Below are positions 37,392 to 46,135 of a stretch of DNA of 64,000 nucleotides, in pieces (position 1 is the stretch's first letter; every line of letters starts with the position of its first letter). This DNA comes from an uncultured Gammaproteobacteria bacterium. GTDB taxonomy: Bacteria; Patescibacteriota; Microgenomatia; Levybacterales; UBA12049. The notes beneath the pieces were generated by a model that saw nothing but the letters and a program-made list of their open reading frames with translations, did not search any database and was not told the DNA's origin. Location: assembly GCA_964490105.1 (NCBI GenBank), contig CAZAZU010000001.1:22706-86705 (forward strand). Direction: 5' to 3'. The position numbers and the translations under genes were made by a program.

Positions 37392-38639
37392 ATGCCATAT
37401 ATTGTAAGGGACAAAATATTATTTCTTTCTTCTGCCAGTAAGATTCTCTCATCTAGTCTTGATTACCATATGACCTTAACAAGCATAGGTGAGCTTATCG
37501 TGGAGTCGGTTGCGGATTTCTGTACAATAGATATTTTGGAAAACGGAAAACTTGAACGTGTGGTGGTTAGAATGTCAGATGAAAAGAAAGACAGCGAAGC
37601 TCAAAAATTTCATGATTTTCCGTCCGACCCAAAAAATAAAAACGCTACTTATGACGCTATCCGGCTTGGCAAACCCATAATAATTAATAAAGTTAATAAT
37701 AAATGGATTAATTCAGTTTCTAAAATTAAAGAAGAAAGAGAGCTTATGAAAAAATTTAATTTTTCCTCATTTATGTTTATTCCGCTTCAAAGCAGGGGAC
37801 AAGTTATTGGAGTTATGACGATTGGTTCCATCCAAAAAGACTTTACGTATTCGGAAGCGGATTCAATATTCATTAAGGAACTTGCAGACAGAGCAGGGAT
37901 AACTATAGATAAAGCCAAGCTTTATACAGAAGCGCAGGAGGCAATTAGAATTAGAGACGAATTTTTGTCTATCGCATCACATGAATTGAAAACTCCTTTA
38001 ACTTCGATATTGCTAAGTTTACAGTTAATCTTAAGAAGACTTGAAAAAAGTACTCATAAGACAGTTGAATCTGAGGAAATTTTTAAAGCGATTGAGATAA
38101 GCATAACGCAAAGCAAACGCATGTCCAGGCTTATTAATGATCTGTTAGACGTTTCCTTGATTACTTCGAATTATTTTCAGATTGATCCGGAGGAAGTTAA
38201 TCTTACTGGACTCTTAAAAGATGTAGAAATGAAGTTCGAAGTAATTCTAAAACACAAAAACATTAATTTAGTAATTAAAGAAAAAGAAGAAAACATTATA
38301 GGTAATTGGGATAGGGTTAGAATCGAGCAGGTAGTTTCTAATCTTATTTCAAATGCTATTAAATATGGAAATGGGAAACCCATATTATTAAAAACAGAAG
38401 TCCAAGGAGACTATGTGTTAATAAAAGTTAAAGATAAGGGAATAGGGATAAGAGATGAAGATAAAGAAAGAATTTTTAAAGTTTTTAACAGAGGGTTGGA
38501 TGCAAAAAATTATAAAGGAATTGGAGTTGGACTTTTTATTTCAAAAAAAATAACAGATGCACACAAGGGAGAATTAGGAGTCGCAAGTAAATTAGGTAAT
38601 GGATCTACTTTTACTGTTAAACTTCCTGTAAAAAAATAA
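37392..38639 (+). CDS. soluble GAF-domain sensor histidine kinase
   Basis: GAF region, ASHELKTPLT, NLISNAIKY, DKGIGI, GIGVGL, GSTF; no transmembrane helix. Confidence 0.93.
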   Translation: MPYIVRDKILFLSSASKILSSSLDYHMTLTSIGELIVESVADFCTIDILENGKLERVVVRMSDEKKDSEAQKFHDFPSDPKNKNATYDAIRLGKPIIINKVNNKWINSVSKIKEERELMKKFNFSSFMFIPLQSRGQVIGVMTIGSIQKDFTYSEADSIFIKELADRAGITIDKAKLYTEAQEAIRIRDEFLSIASHELKTPLTSILLSLQLILRRLEKSTHKTVESEEIFKAIEISITQSKRMSRLINDLLDVSLITSNYFQIDPEEVNLTGLLKDVEMKFEVILKHKNINLVIKEKEENIIGNWDRVRIEQVVSNLISNAIKYGNGKPILLKTEVQGDYVLIKVKDKGIGIRDEDKERIFKVFNRGLDAKNYKGIGVGLFISKKITDAHKGELGVASKLGNGSTFTVKLPVKK

Positions 38640-38722
38640 TTTCTTTCACTCCTATTACTTTTTCTTAGCAAAATTCACACCGCTAAGCATTAAAGTTAAT
38701 GTTTAGAGAGGGGGTGAGATAA

Positions 38723-38893
38723 ATGAACGATCCAAAAACAAATCAGAACTCAGGACAGAATCAATCAGATCTAAATCAAAACGATTCTGAGCAGGTTGAT
38801 CAAGGGATAGCCGGAGGAATTGCCACAACTGAAGATACTCAGGTTGATACTAATATCAATCAGTCAGAAGATGACATGAGTAGGGAAGAGTAA
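38723..38893 (+). CDS. small acidic Asn/Gln/Asp-rich protein, 56 aa (absent from ORF track)
   Basis: MNDPKTNQNSGQNQSD...DDMSREE; SD gagggggtg; terminator follows. Confidence 0.75.
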   Translation: MNDPKTNQNSGQNQSDLNQNDSEQVDQGIAGGIATTEDTQVDTNINQSEDDMSREE

Positions 38894-38912
38894 GTGGTAA
38901 CCTTCAAGGCTT

Positions 38913-38946
38913 ATAAACAAACCGCACGCTTATGCGGTTTGTTTAT
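38913..38946. terminator. bidirectional terminator hairpin
   Basis: ataaacaaaccgca-cgctta-tgcggtttgtttat, a 14-bp perfect stem between convergent genes. Confidence 0.85.
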
Positions 38947-39437
38947 TAATTAACTGAGCTTGAAGCGGAATTTTTCCCAATCAGTATTTTATTTAGCAAA
39001 TTAACGCTTTCATTTAGTGCGGATTTAAAAAACATTTTATCTTTTTTATCTATTTTTATTTTTATGTGATAGGTTCCTTTAGTATCCCTCTTCCAATCCC
39101 ATTCAGTGACACCGGTAAATGAAGCTTTACGATATCCGTTTTTTACTTTTATCTGACATAAGTATTCAAGAATTATGTGTTCAAATAAATGTCCAATTTC
39201 TGTATTTCTGACTTCTTCTCTGAATGGAAGATTTGAATCATTAAAGCATTCATTGTGTAGGACCTGAGGCAACGTCCTTTCTAAGATTGAATGTGTTAGC
39301 GGAAGATGTTTGGTATGAAAATGAGGAGTATCTAAGAGCATGGTAATGCTCGTTTCCTGGGAAGAAAAATTATTTACTGCCAATTTATACTGACCGTAAT
39401 TAGTAAATGTCTGGTTAATATCTTGGATAATGCTCAT
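38946..39437 (-). CDS. stand-alone cyanophycin synthetase N-domain-like protein
   Basis: LPQVLHNEC-x18-HLFEHIILE and G.T.W..GTY resemble the CphA1 N-domain Cx19HxxEH motif. Confidence 0.65.
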   Translation of the reverse strand: MSIIQDINQTFTNYGQYKLAVNNFSSQETSITMLLDTPHFHTKHLPLTHSILERTLPQVLHNECFNDSNLPFREEVRNTEIGHLFEHIILEYLCQIKVKNGYRKASFTGVTEWDWKRDTKGTYHIKIKIDKKDKMFFKSALNESVNLLNKILIGKNSASSSVN

Positions 39438-39528
39438 ATTCTTTACAGAGTTCTTACCTAACTATGATAAATATAAATGTCGAATTGCTTTTATGTCAAG
39501 CATAAGAGCCCTGGGGAGTTTTGAAGCA

Positions 39529-40650
39529 CTAGAGCTGCTTAGGGTCTATCTTTAATATTCTGTCATCTCCTGTGCTTGGGGTACCCCGGCCGTCCCTATT
39601 ACTAGTTGTTATATATAAAAGGTTATCAGGTCCCAAGATGACGTCTCTAATTCTTCCGAATTCATCAAGAAAGTGCTTAGTAATCAGTGCGTTTCCGTTT
39701 TCAATCCTTAGTTCAAATAGTGCTTTCCCTCTGAGTCCAGTGTAAAAAAGCGAATCTCCTAAAAATACTGCTCCACCTGGTGCCCATGTTTCATCTCCAC
39801 TCTGAGCAAGAGGAGATTCCATCCCTGGTCTTGTTTCAGGACCTTGTATTTGGGGCCATCCGTAATTTCTTCCAGCTAGAATAACATTTATTTCATCATA
39901 TCCTGAGGGACTTGATCGTCCGTGTTCTGTTTCCCAAAGTCGTTCTGATGAATCCCATGTAATTCCCTGAGGGTTTCTGTGACCATAAGAATAAATGAGA
40001 TTATTAAATGGATTTCCGGGTGCAGATCTTCCGTCGTCAGTTACTCTTAAAATTTTTCCAGCTAAAGAGTTTGTGTTTTGCGCGAGAGACGGTTCCAGAG
40101 AATCACCGGTTGTCACATATAAATATCCGTCAGGTCCAAACTTTATTCTTCCTCCGTTGTGATAAATCGCTCCAGGAATATTATCTATGATAATGGTTCT
40201 TTCAATGAGGGAATTATTGTTAAATTTATATCTGATAACTCTATTTTTAGTATTATTTCCCTCACCTTGATATGTGTACATAACGTAAAGATATTTATTT
40301 TGAGAAAAATTTGGATGAATAGCTAAGCCCATTAATCCGCCCTCACCATATTCCAAGACGTCAGAAATTTTCTCAATGGTCGTAATGTTACTGCCTGAAA
40401 TCAGTTTTAAAGATCCATTTCTCTCAGTAAAAACAATGTCGTTATTTGGAAGAAATGCGAGTGACCATGGGGTTTCTAGATTTTCAGCAACCGTAGCTAC
40501 TTTTTCCGGCGTTCCGTTCATTTCATTCACATCAACAGTTGAGTTAACTACCGAAGGGTTTTTTTGAATAAATACGGAAACATTTTTATATTGGTTAATA
40601 AATACTAATGCTATTATAATTACAGCCACAAATAGAATTATCTTTCTCAT
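39529..40650 (-). CDS. PQQ-dependent sugar dehydrogenase (GSDH/YliI-like beta-propeller)
   Basis: PWSLAF, GEGGLMG, HNGGRIKFGPDG, GHRNPQG, NYGWP, GRIRDV; N-terminal anchor; start at 40650 or 40659. Confidence 0.92.
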   Translation of the reverse strand: MRKIILFVAVIIIALVFINQYKNVSVFIQKNPSVVNSTVDVNEMNGTPEKVATVAENLETPWSLAFLPNNDIVFTERNGSLKLISGSNITTIEKISDVLEYGEGGLMGLAIHPNFSQNKYLYVMYTYQGEGNNTKNRVIRYKFNNNSLIERTIIIDNIPGAIYHNGGRIKFGPDGYLYVTTGDSLEPSLAQNTNSLAGKILRVTDDGRSAPGNPFNNLIYSYGHRNPQGITWDSSERLWETEHGRSSPSGYDEINVILAGRNYGWPQIQGPETRPGMESPLAQSGDETWAPGGAVFLGDSLFYTGLRGKALFELRIENGNALITKHFLDEFGRIRDVILGPDNLLYITTSNRDGRGTPSTGDDRILKIDPKQL

Positions 40651-40764
40651 CAAACTCATCTTATACCTTTTTAAATATTTTTTGAAGATTCAATTAGGCG
40701 CTTATCACGTGATTAAAATGATTGACTTTAGCCTCAAAAATCTATATAATTGAGGCCACACAAA

Positions 40765-41469
40765 ATGTTATTAAATCTTCAGAAAGACGTTAAGAAACTG
40801 GAAAATAAAAAAAAGGCTAAAGTTCTAGCCGGTTTTTTTAAGACTGGAGAAGGCGAGTACGGATATGGCGATGTTTTCTTGGGAATTCCAGTCCCCGAAA
40901 GCAGAAAAATAGCATTAAAATATCGCGATTTAGGCTTCGAAGATATACTCCAGCTTTTAAGAAGCGAAATTCATGAAGAAAGACTTATAGCTCTTCTTAT
41001 TTTGGTTCATCAATTTCAGCACGATGAAATGCTTCAGAGAAGAATCTATGAATTTTATCTAAAAAATATAAAATTTGTAAACAATTGGGATTTAGTTGAT
41101 ATGTCGGCAGATAAAATAGTTGGTGCATATTTATCAGACAAGCCAAAAACTGTGATTTATAAATTAGCAAAATCAACAAATCTTTGGGAAAGAAGAATTG
41201 CGATGATTTCTACATATTACTTTATTAAAAATAATGATTATGATGATGCAATTAATATCGCTGAAGCTTTAATAACTGATGAAAATGATTTAATTCAAAA
41301 AGCGGTGGGATGGATGCTTAGGGAAGTGGGGAATAGGGATAAAAAGACCGAAGAGCAATTTTTGAAAAAATACCATAAGGTAATGGGTAGAACAGCGCTT
41401 AGATACGCTGTAGAAAAATTCCCCGAAAACGAACGGACAAAATATCTCGACGGAAAAATTTATGCTTGA
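40765..41469 (+). CDS. DNA alkylation repair protein (AlkD-like)
   Basis: FFKTGEGEYG, NNWDLVD, WERR, KAVGWMLRE, RTALRYA; promoter TTGACT-17-TATAAT at 40722-40750. Confidence 0.9.
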   Translation: MLLNLQKDVKKLENKKKAKVLAGFFKTGEGEYGYGDVFLGIPVPESRKIALKYRDLGFEDILQLLRSEIHEERLIALLILVHQFQHDEMLQRRIYEFYLKNIKFVNNWDLVDMSADKIVGAYLSDKPKTVIYKLAKSTNLWERRIAMISTYYFIKNNDYDDAINIAEALITDENDLIQKAVGWMLREVGNRDKKTEEQFLKKYHKVMGRTALRYAVEKFPENERTKYLDGKIYA

Positions 41470-42236
41470 AATTCAAGCTTAAGGGGGAGATGATCCGAAA
41501 TTTCTTCAGTCATCACTTCAAAATTTTTCAGAGTAACACCTTTTGTAAATATATAATCAGCAAATTTATCATTAGCGCGCCATTTAATGTCATAAAGAGA
41601 ACTTCTAGTAGTTAGTGATTTCGATTTTTTAATTAAGTTTAAATATTCAGCATCTTCAAGCATGAGGATGGATCTGGTATTTATGCCTAGATTAAAATCA
41701 CCAACGAGGATGACGGGCTTCTTATATTTATTTAGCGTGCTTAGGATAAGTTCTGATTGCCTAATTCTTTGGGGTGTATCATATTTGGGAAGCGGAGCCC
41801 AATACCCGTGGAGATTCGCTACTACAAATTTTTCAAATTCCACATATTGCATATTTCGGGGAGGAATAATTTGATTTTTTCCTGGGATTTTTTTATATAT
41901 GTTTTCCTCCCCATATATAAAAACTTCACCTTTATCTATTTGTTCTAAGGATTTTTTCCAAAAAATAGCTATTCCTTGGGAGATTGGATAGTCAAGCTCA
42001 AAATGAAAATCACTTCCATGGAATTGAGGAGAGAAATGGTAATTAAAATCAGGTAAAATGTCTGCAATTTTTTCAAGAATATTTGATTGATAATTGCTTG
42101 GTGTTTTTGCTTCTTTTGGAGATGAATAGGTTTCCTGAAAGCAAAAAATATCAGTCCCCGCACTATTTGTTTTGATAAAGTCCAAAACTTTATCTAGTAG
42201 TGTGCCGCCCCAAAGGTTTAAGCAAATTAATTTCAT
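41460..42236 (-). CDS. endonuclease/exonuclease/phosphatase family protein
   Basis: LNLW, CFQE, NLHG, GDFN, ADYIF, SDHLPL; ATG 42236 is 6 nt after TATAAT. Confidence 0.9.
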   Translation of the reverse strand: MKLICLNLWGGTLLDKVLDFIKTNSAGTDIFCFQETYSSPKEAKTPSNYQSNILEKIADILPDFNYHFSPQFHGSDFHFELDYPISQGIAIFWKKSLEQIDKGEVFIYGEENIYKKIPGKNQIIPPRNMQYVEFEKFVVANLHGYWAPLPKYDTPQRIRQSELILSTLNKYKKPVILVGDFNLGINTRSILMLEDAEYLNLIKKSKSLTTRSSLYDIKWRANDKFADYIFTKGVTLKNFEVMTEEISDHLPLKLEFQA

Positions 42237-42275
42237 CCTTAGATTATACATAAAAACTCATGTATAATTTTGGTA

Positions 42276-43943
42276 ATGAAGAGAAAATATTTTTTGTTGC
42301 TTTTTGTATTATTTATTTTTCTGGTTTCTAAATCACAAGCTCATGCTGAAAAAATTGACTCTTTCGATGTAAATATTGTCGCCCACGAAGATGGGAAAAT
42401 GAGCATTACTGAAACTATAAATTATGACTTTGAATATAACCAGCGTCATGGAATTTTTAGATATATTCCACTCTACTCAAAAGTTGGAGAATTATATAGA
42501 GTAATTAAGGTTGGAAATATTGAGGTGGAAAGAAATGGGGAAGAGGAAAATTTCGAAACAACGAGGTCAAAAGAACAGGTATATTTTAAAATTGGAAATG
42601 CCAATAGGGAAATTACAGGGAAACACACTTACAAGATTTCATATATCGTTGAAAACGGAATAGGCAGTAATTACGAAACCCACGATGAGATTTATTGGAA
42701 AGTGACAGGAAATGACTGGCAAATTCCTATAGAAAAAGCCTCTGTAAATCTAACGACAGATTTTGGGGTAAATTCAAATAGGGTTGCATGCTTCACGAGA
42801 GATTCTACTTTTAATGCACAATTTTGTACTTTTCCAAAAGATATTTTTAATCCAGTAACAACGACTAGCGCTCTAAATCCCGGAGAAGGGTTAACGGTTG
42901 TTTATGGTTTCCCCGTCAACACGTTTCCTAAAAGCACATTATTAAAGGAGCTTCCAAAAAATACTTCTGAAAAAATTGCTGGATTTATTTTTAAAAATTT
43001 AGGAATTATTTATTTAATTATTAATTTTTTAATTCCATCTATGATTTTCTTTTGGTATAAAAAATATAAAAATAAAAAAAGATTTGGAAAACCATCTGTA
43101 AATTTTGAGATTCCTAAAAATGAAAAAGGAGAAAGGCTTGCTCCAGCTATAGCAGGAACCATTGATACTGCGAGGCTTGAAAGAGATGATGTTGTGGCAA
43201 CGCTTTTTGATTTAGCAATTAGAAAATATATAAAACTCGAGGAAACAAAAAATAAAAAAACGCTTGCTCCCGATAAAATTACTCAGAAAATTATTAAGCT
43301 GAAAGAAAAAGATAATAAACTCTCTAAATTTGAAGAAGAACTATATGATCGTTTGTTCGAGAATGGGAATGAAGTGGATGTAGAGGATTTAAAGAAGGAT
43401 TTCTATAAAACGTATTCTAGTATGGAAGAAAGTGTTTTTAAATCTCTGGTCGAAAAAAAATATTACGTAAAAAATCCAAAAGTACAAAGAGGATTTTTAT
43501 TGGTTTTTGGATTTTTTGCAATTTTTACAGGCAATTTAATTTTAGGAGGAACTTTAATTTATCTTTCAAGAAAGCTTATCGGAAGAACTGCTTTGGGAGA
43601 TGAAATAGATTTTAAAATAGACGGACTTAAATTATTTTTGAAATCTATGGATAGGAATTATAAATGGCAAGCAGAAAAATTTTATACAGTAGAAGCAATG
43701 ATTCCTTATGCGATGAGCCTTGGTTACATAGACAAATTTATGGAACAATTAAAAATAATAAAACCGGACTATAATCCAACTTGGTACCATGGATATGGAG
43801 GAGGTTTTTACGCTTCTTATGGATCGTTTTCCTCTGGAGTTAGTTCAAATATAACCACTTCAGCTCCTAGTTCTTCGTCAGGTTTTTCGGGCGGCTCTTC
43901 TGGCGGTGGAGGAGGAGGCGGAGGGGGCGGGGGAAGCTGGTAA
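42276..43943 (+). CDS. DUF2207-like membrane protein
   Basis: signal peptide, ETINYDF..RHGIFR, two transmembrane regions, PYA..LG, GGGGGGSW end. Confidence 0.88.
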   Translation: MKRKYFLLLFVLFIFLVSKSQAHAEKIDSFDVNIVAHEDGKMSITETINYDFEYNQRHGIFRYIPLYSKVGELYRVIKVGNIEVERNGEEENFETTRSKEQVYFKIGNANREITGKHTYKISYIVENGIGSNYETHDEIYWKVTGNDWQIPIEKASVNLTTDFGVNSNRVACFTRDSTFNAQFCTFPKDIFNPVTTTSALNPGEGLTVVYGFPVNTFPKSTLLKELPKNTSEKIAGFIFKNLGIIYLIINFLIPSMIFFWYKKYKNKKRFGKPSVNFEIPKNEKGERLAPAIAGTIDTARLERDDVVATLFDLAIRKYIKLEETKNKKTLAPDKITQKIIKLKEKDNKLSKFEEELYDRLFENGNEVDVEDLKKDFYKTYSSMEESVFKSLVEKKYYVKNPKVQRGFLLVFGFFAIFTGNLILGGTLIYLSRKLIGRTALGDEIDFKIDGLKLFLKSMDRNYKWQAEKFYTVEAMIPYAMSLGYIDKFMEQLKIIKPDYNPTWYHGYGGGFYASYGSFSSGVSSNITTSAPSSSSGFSGGSSGGGGGGGGGGGSW

Positions 43944-44006
43944 GGTTTGCTTATTGCATGGAAATCTAATAATTGATTGAATCAAACTAGAGAGGAGGTG
44001 AATCTA

Positions 44007-44432
44007 ATGAATATAGAAGTAAATTATTTAGCACTAATTTTAGCAGTGGTTGTTTCCATGGTAATCGGTTTTGCTTATTACATGAATCCAATTATTGCAA
44101 AACCATGGATGAAATTAATGGGCTATTCTAAAGACGACGTGAAGCCTACTGGAAATGAGATGGCAAAAATGTATGGAACAAGCGCAGTGCTTGCTCTAAT
44201 AACAGCTTTTGTTTTATCCCACGTAATGACTATGTCAATTTCGTATTTTAATTATTCTCCAGTTATGACTGGGGTGATTAGTGCATTTTGGATGTGGTTA
44301 GGTTTTATAATGCCAGTACAAGCAACAGATGTTTTATTTAGTAAAAAACCCATGAAGCTTTTTGCGATTAATACTTTTCATCAATTGCTTTCGTTACTAG
44401 GAATGGGAATTGTGATTGGATTGGTTAGATAG
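44007..44432 (+). CDS. DUF1761-like membrane protein
   Basis: VNYLA, four hydrophobic helices, WLGF; SD gaggaggtg before ATG 44007. Confidence 0.8.
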   Translation: MNIEVNYLALILAVVVSMVIGFAYYMNPIIAKPWMKLMGYSKDDVKPTGNEMAKMYGTSAVLALITAFVLSHVMTMSISYFNYSPVMTGVISAFWMWLGFIMPVQATDVLFSKKPMKLFAINTFHQLLSLLGMGIVIGLVR

Positions 44433-44438
44433 TGTCGT

Positions 44439-44489
44439 CCCCGATTTAATCGGGGTTGACAAAAGCTATAAAAACAATAAAATCAAAAC
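44439..44489 (+). promoter_or_regulatory. palindrome plus promoter of the pur operon (copy 2 of the 22532-22557 element)
   Basis: ccccgatttaatcgggg-TTGACA-16nt-TAAAAT-6nt-ATG. Confidence 0.75.
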
Positions 44490-45623
44490 ATGATTTACCC
44501 CGCAACGATTGGCATAGTAGGCGGTGGACAGCTCGCTAAAATGCTCACAATTGCTGCAAAGAAAATGGGGTTTAGTGTTATTGTTACAGATCCGACTCCC
44601 GGAAGTCCTGCTGGTCAAGTTGCTGATCGCGAGTTAGTCGGTGGTTATAAAGACGAAAAAGTAACCCGTGAATTAGCTAAGCTTTCTGACATAATTACTG
44701 TTGATGCAGAATTTGTTAATGATAAAGTTTTATCAGAAATTGAAAAATCAGGAAAGCCTGTTCATCCATCTCCCAAGACAATCTCGATTATTAAAGATAA
44801 ACTTCGGCAAAAAGAATTTCTAAGAAAAAATAGTATTGCTACAGCAGAATTTGTTCCTGTTAAAAATACAAACGACATAAAAAAAGCCATTAAGAAGTTT
44901 GGGTTACCAATTTTATTAAAAGCTCGGGAAGATGCTTACGACGGAAAGGGCAACTTCGTTATAAAAAAGGAATCAGATGTTGAAGAGGGTTTAAAGAAGC
45001 TTGAAGGTAGATCTCTTTATGTTGAGAAATTTGTGCCATTTGTTAAAGAGCTTGCAATAATGGTCGCAAGAACACCAGGTGGGGAGATCGCCGCATATCC
45101 GGTGGTTGAGACAATTCATGTAAATAATGTATGTGATACTGTAATTGCGCCGGCAAAAGTTTCGAAGAAAGCTGTAAAAAATGCCACAAATTTAGCAAAA
45201 AAAACTATGAAGCAGCTTAAGGGGGCTGGAGTTTTTGGAATTGAAATGTTTTTAATTAAAGGGGATAAGGTTCTCATTAACGAAATAGCTCCACGTGTTC
45301 ATAACTCAGGTCATTACACAATTGAGGCGAGTATTACATCTCAATTTGAACAGCATATACGGGCAATTACAGGATTGCCGCTTGGTTCAACTGATTTAAT
45401 GGTAAAATCTGCAGTAATGAAAAATATTTTGGGAGAGAGAGAAGGATCAGGGTATCCTATGGGAGTTGAAAAAGCATTGAAGATTTCTGGAGTTTCATAT
45501 CATTTATATAATAAAAAAGATTCGAGGGTTGGAAGAAAAATGGGACATATTACAGTATTTGGAGATAGTGAGAAGATTAATTTGCAAAAAGCGAATAAAG
45601 CAAGAAAAGCATTAATAATATGA
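44490..45623 (+). CDS. purK: N5-CAIR synthetase
   Basis: GIVGGGQLAKM, AYDGKG, NEIAPRVHNSGH, SQFEQH, RKMGH. Confidence 0.96.
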   Translation: MIYPATIGIVGGGQLAKMLTIAAKKMGFSVIVTDPTPGSPAGQVADRELVGGYKDEKVTRELAKLSDIITVDAEFVNDKVLSEIEKSGKPVHPSPKTISIIKDKLRQKEFLRKNSIATAEFVPVKNTNDIKKAIKKFGLPILLKAREDAYDGKGNFVIKKESDVEEGLKKLEGRSLYVEKFVPFVKELAIMVARTPGGEIAAYPVVETIHVNNVCDTVIAPAKVSKKAVKNATNLAKKTMKQLKGAGVFGIEMFLIKGDKVLINEIAPRVHNSGHYTIEASITSQFEQHIRAITGLPLGSTDLMVKSAVMKNILGEREGSGYPMGVEKALKISGVSYHLYNKKDSRVGRKMGHITVFGDSEKINLQKANKARKALII

Positions 45624-46135
45624 AAAAAGAAGTAGCAATTGTAATGGGATCTGATTCGGATCTTTCTGTTATGAAAGATGCTGCTGAAATATTAGAAAGT
45701 TTTGGAATAGGTTATTATCTTTCAATTGTCTCGGCGCATAGAACACCCCAGAGACTATTTGATTTCTCAAAATCTGCAGAAAAAAAAGGATTTAAAGTTA
45801 TTATTGCAGGAGCAGGTGGATCAGCACATCTGCCTGGGATGATTGCTTCTCTTACTCCGCTTCCTGTAATCGGAGTGCCAATTAGAGGAAAATCTTTTGA
45901 AGGATTTGATTCATTAATGTCTATTGTTCAAATGCCTCCAGGAATTCCCGTTGCAACTGTTGCAGTAAATGGTGCAAAAAACGCAGGAATTTTAGCAGCA
46001 AGTATTATCGGCATAAGTAATAAGAAGGTTCTAGGAAAAGTAGCCGAATTTAAAAATAATTTAGAGAAAGAAGTTTTAAAAAAAGTTCAGAAAATTGAAA
46101 AAGTAGGATTTCAGAAATATCTTGATGAAAAATAA
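45620..46135 (+). CDS. purE: N5-CAIR mutase
   Basis: MGSDSD, SAHRTP, AGAGGSAHLPG, QMPPGIPVATV. Confidence 0.97.
   Translation: MKKEVAIVMGSDSDLSVMKDAAEILESFGIGYYLSIVSAHRTPQRLFDFSKSAEKKGFKVIIAGAGGSAHLPGMIASLTPLPVIGVPIRGKSFEGFDSLMSIVQMPPGIPVATVAVNGAKNAGILAASIIGISNKKVLGKVAEFKNNLEKEVLKKVQKIEKVGFQKYLDEK

Noticed and set aside
40731-40756. gcctcaa/ttgaggc inverted repeat around the alkD-like -10
   Set aside because: Could be an operator, but it occurs once and 7-bp arms can arise by chance.
43845-43943. GC-rich GGN run as a repeat element
   Set aside because: It encodes the normal Gly/Ser-rich GGGGGSW tail of DUF2207-like proteins.
44433-44489. Purine or ZTP riboswitch ahead of the pur operon
   Set aside because: The gap is 57 nt and the -10 lies 6 nt before ATG, leaving no leader.
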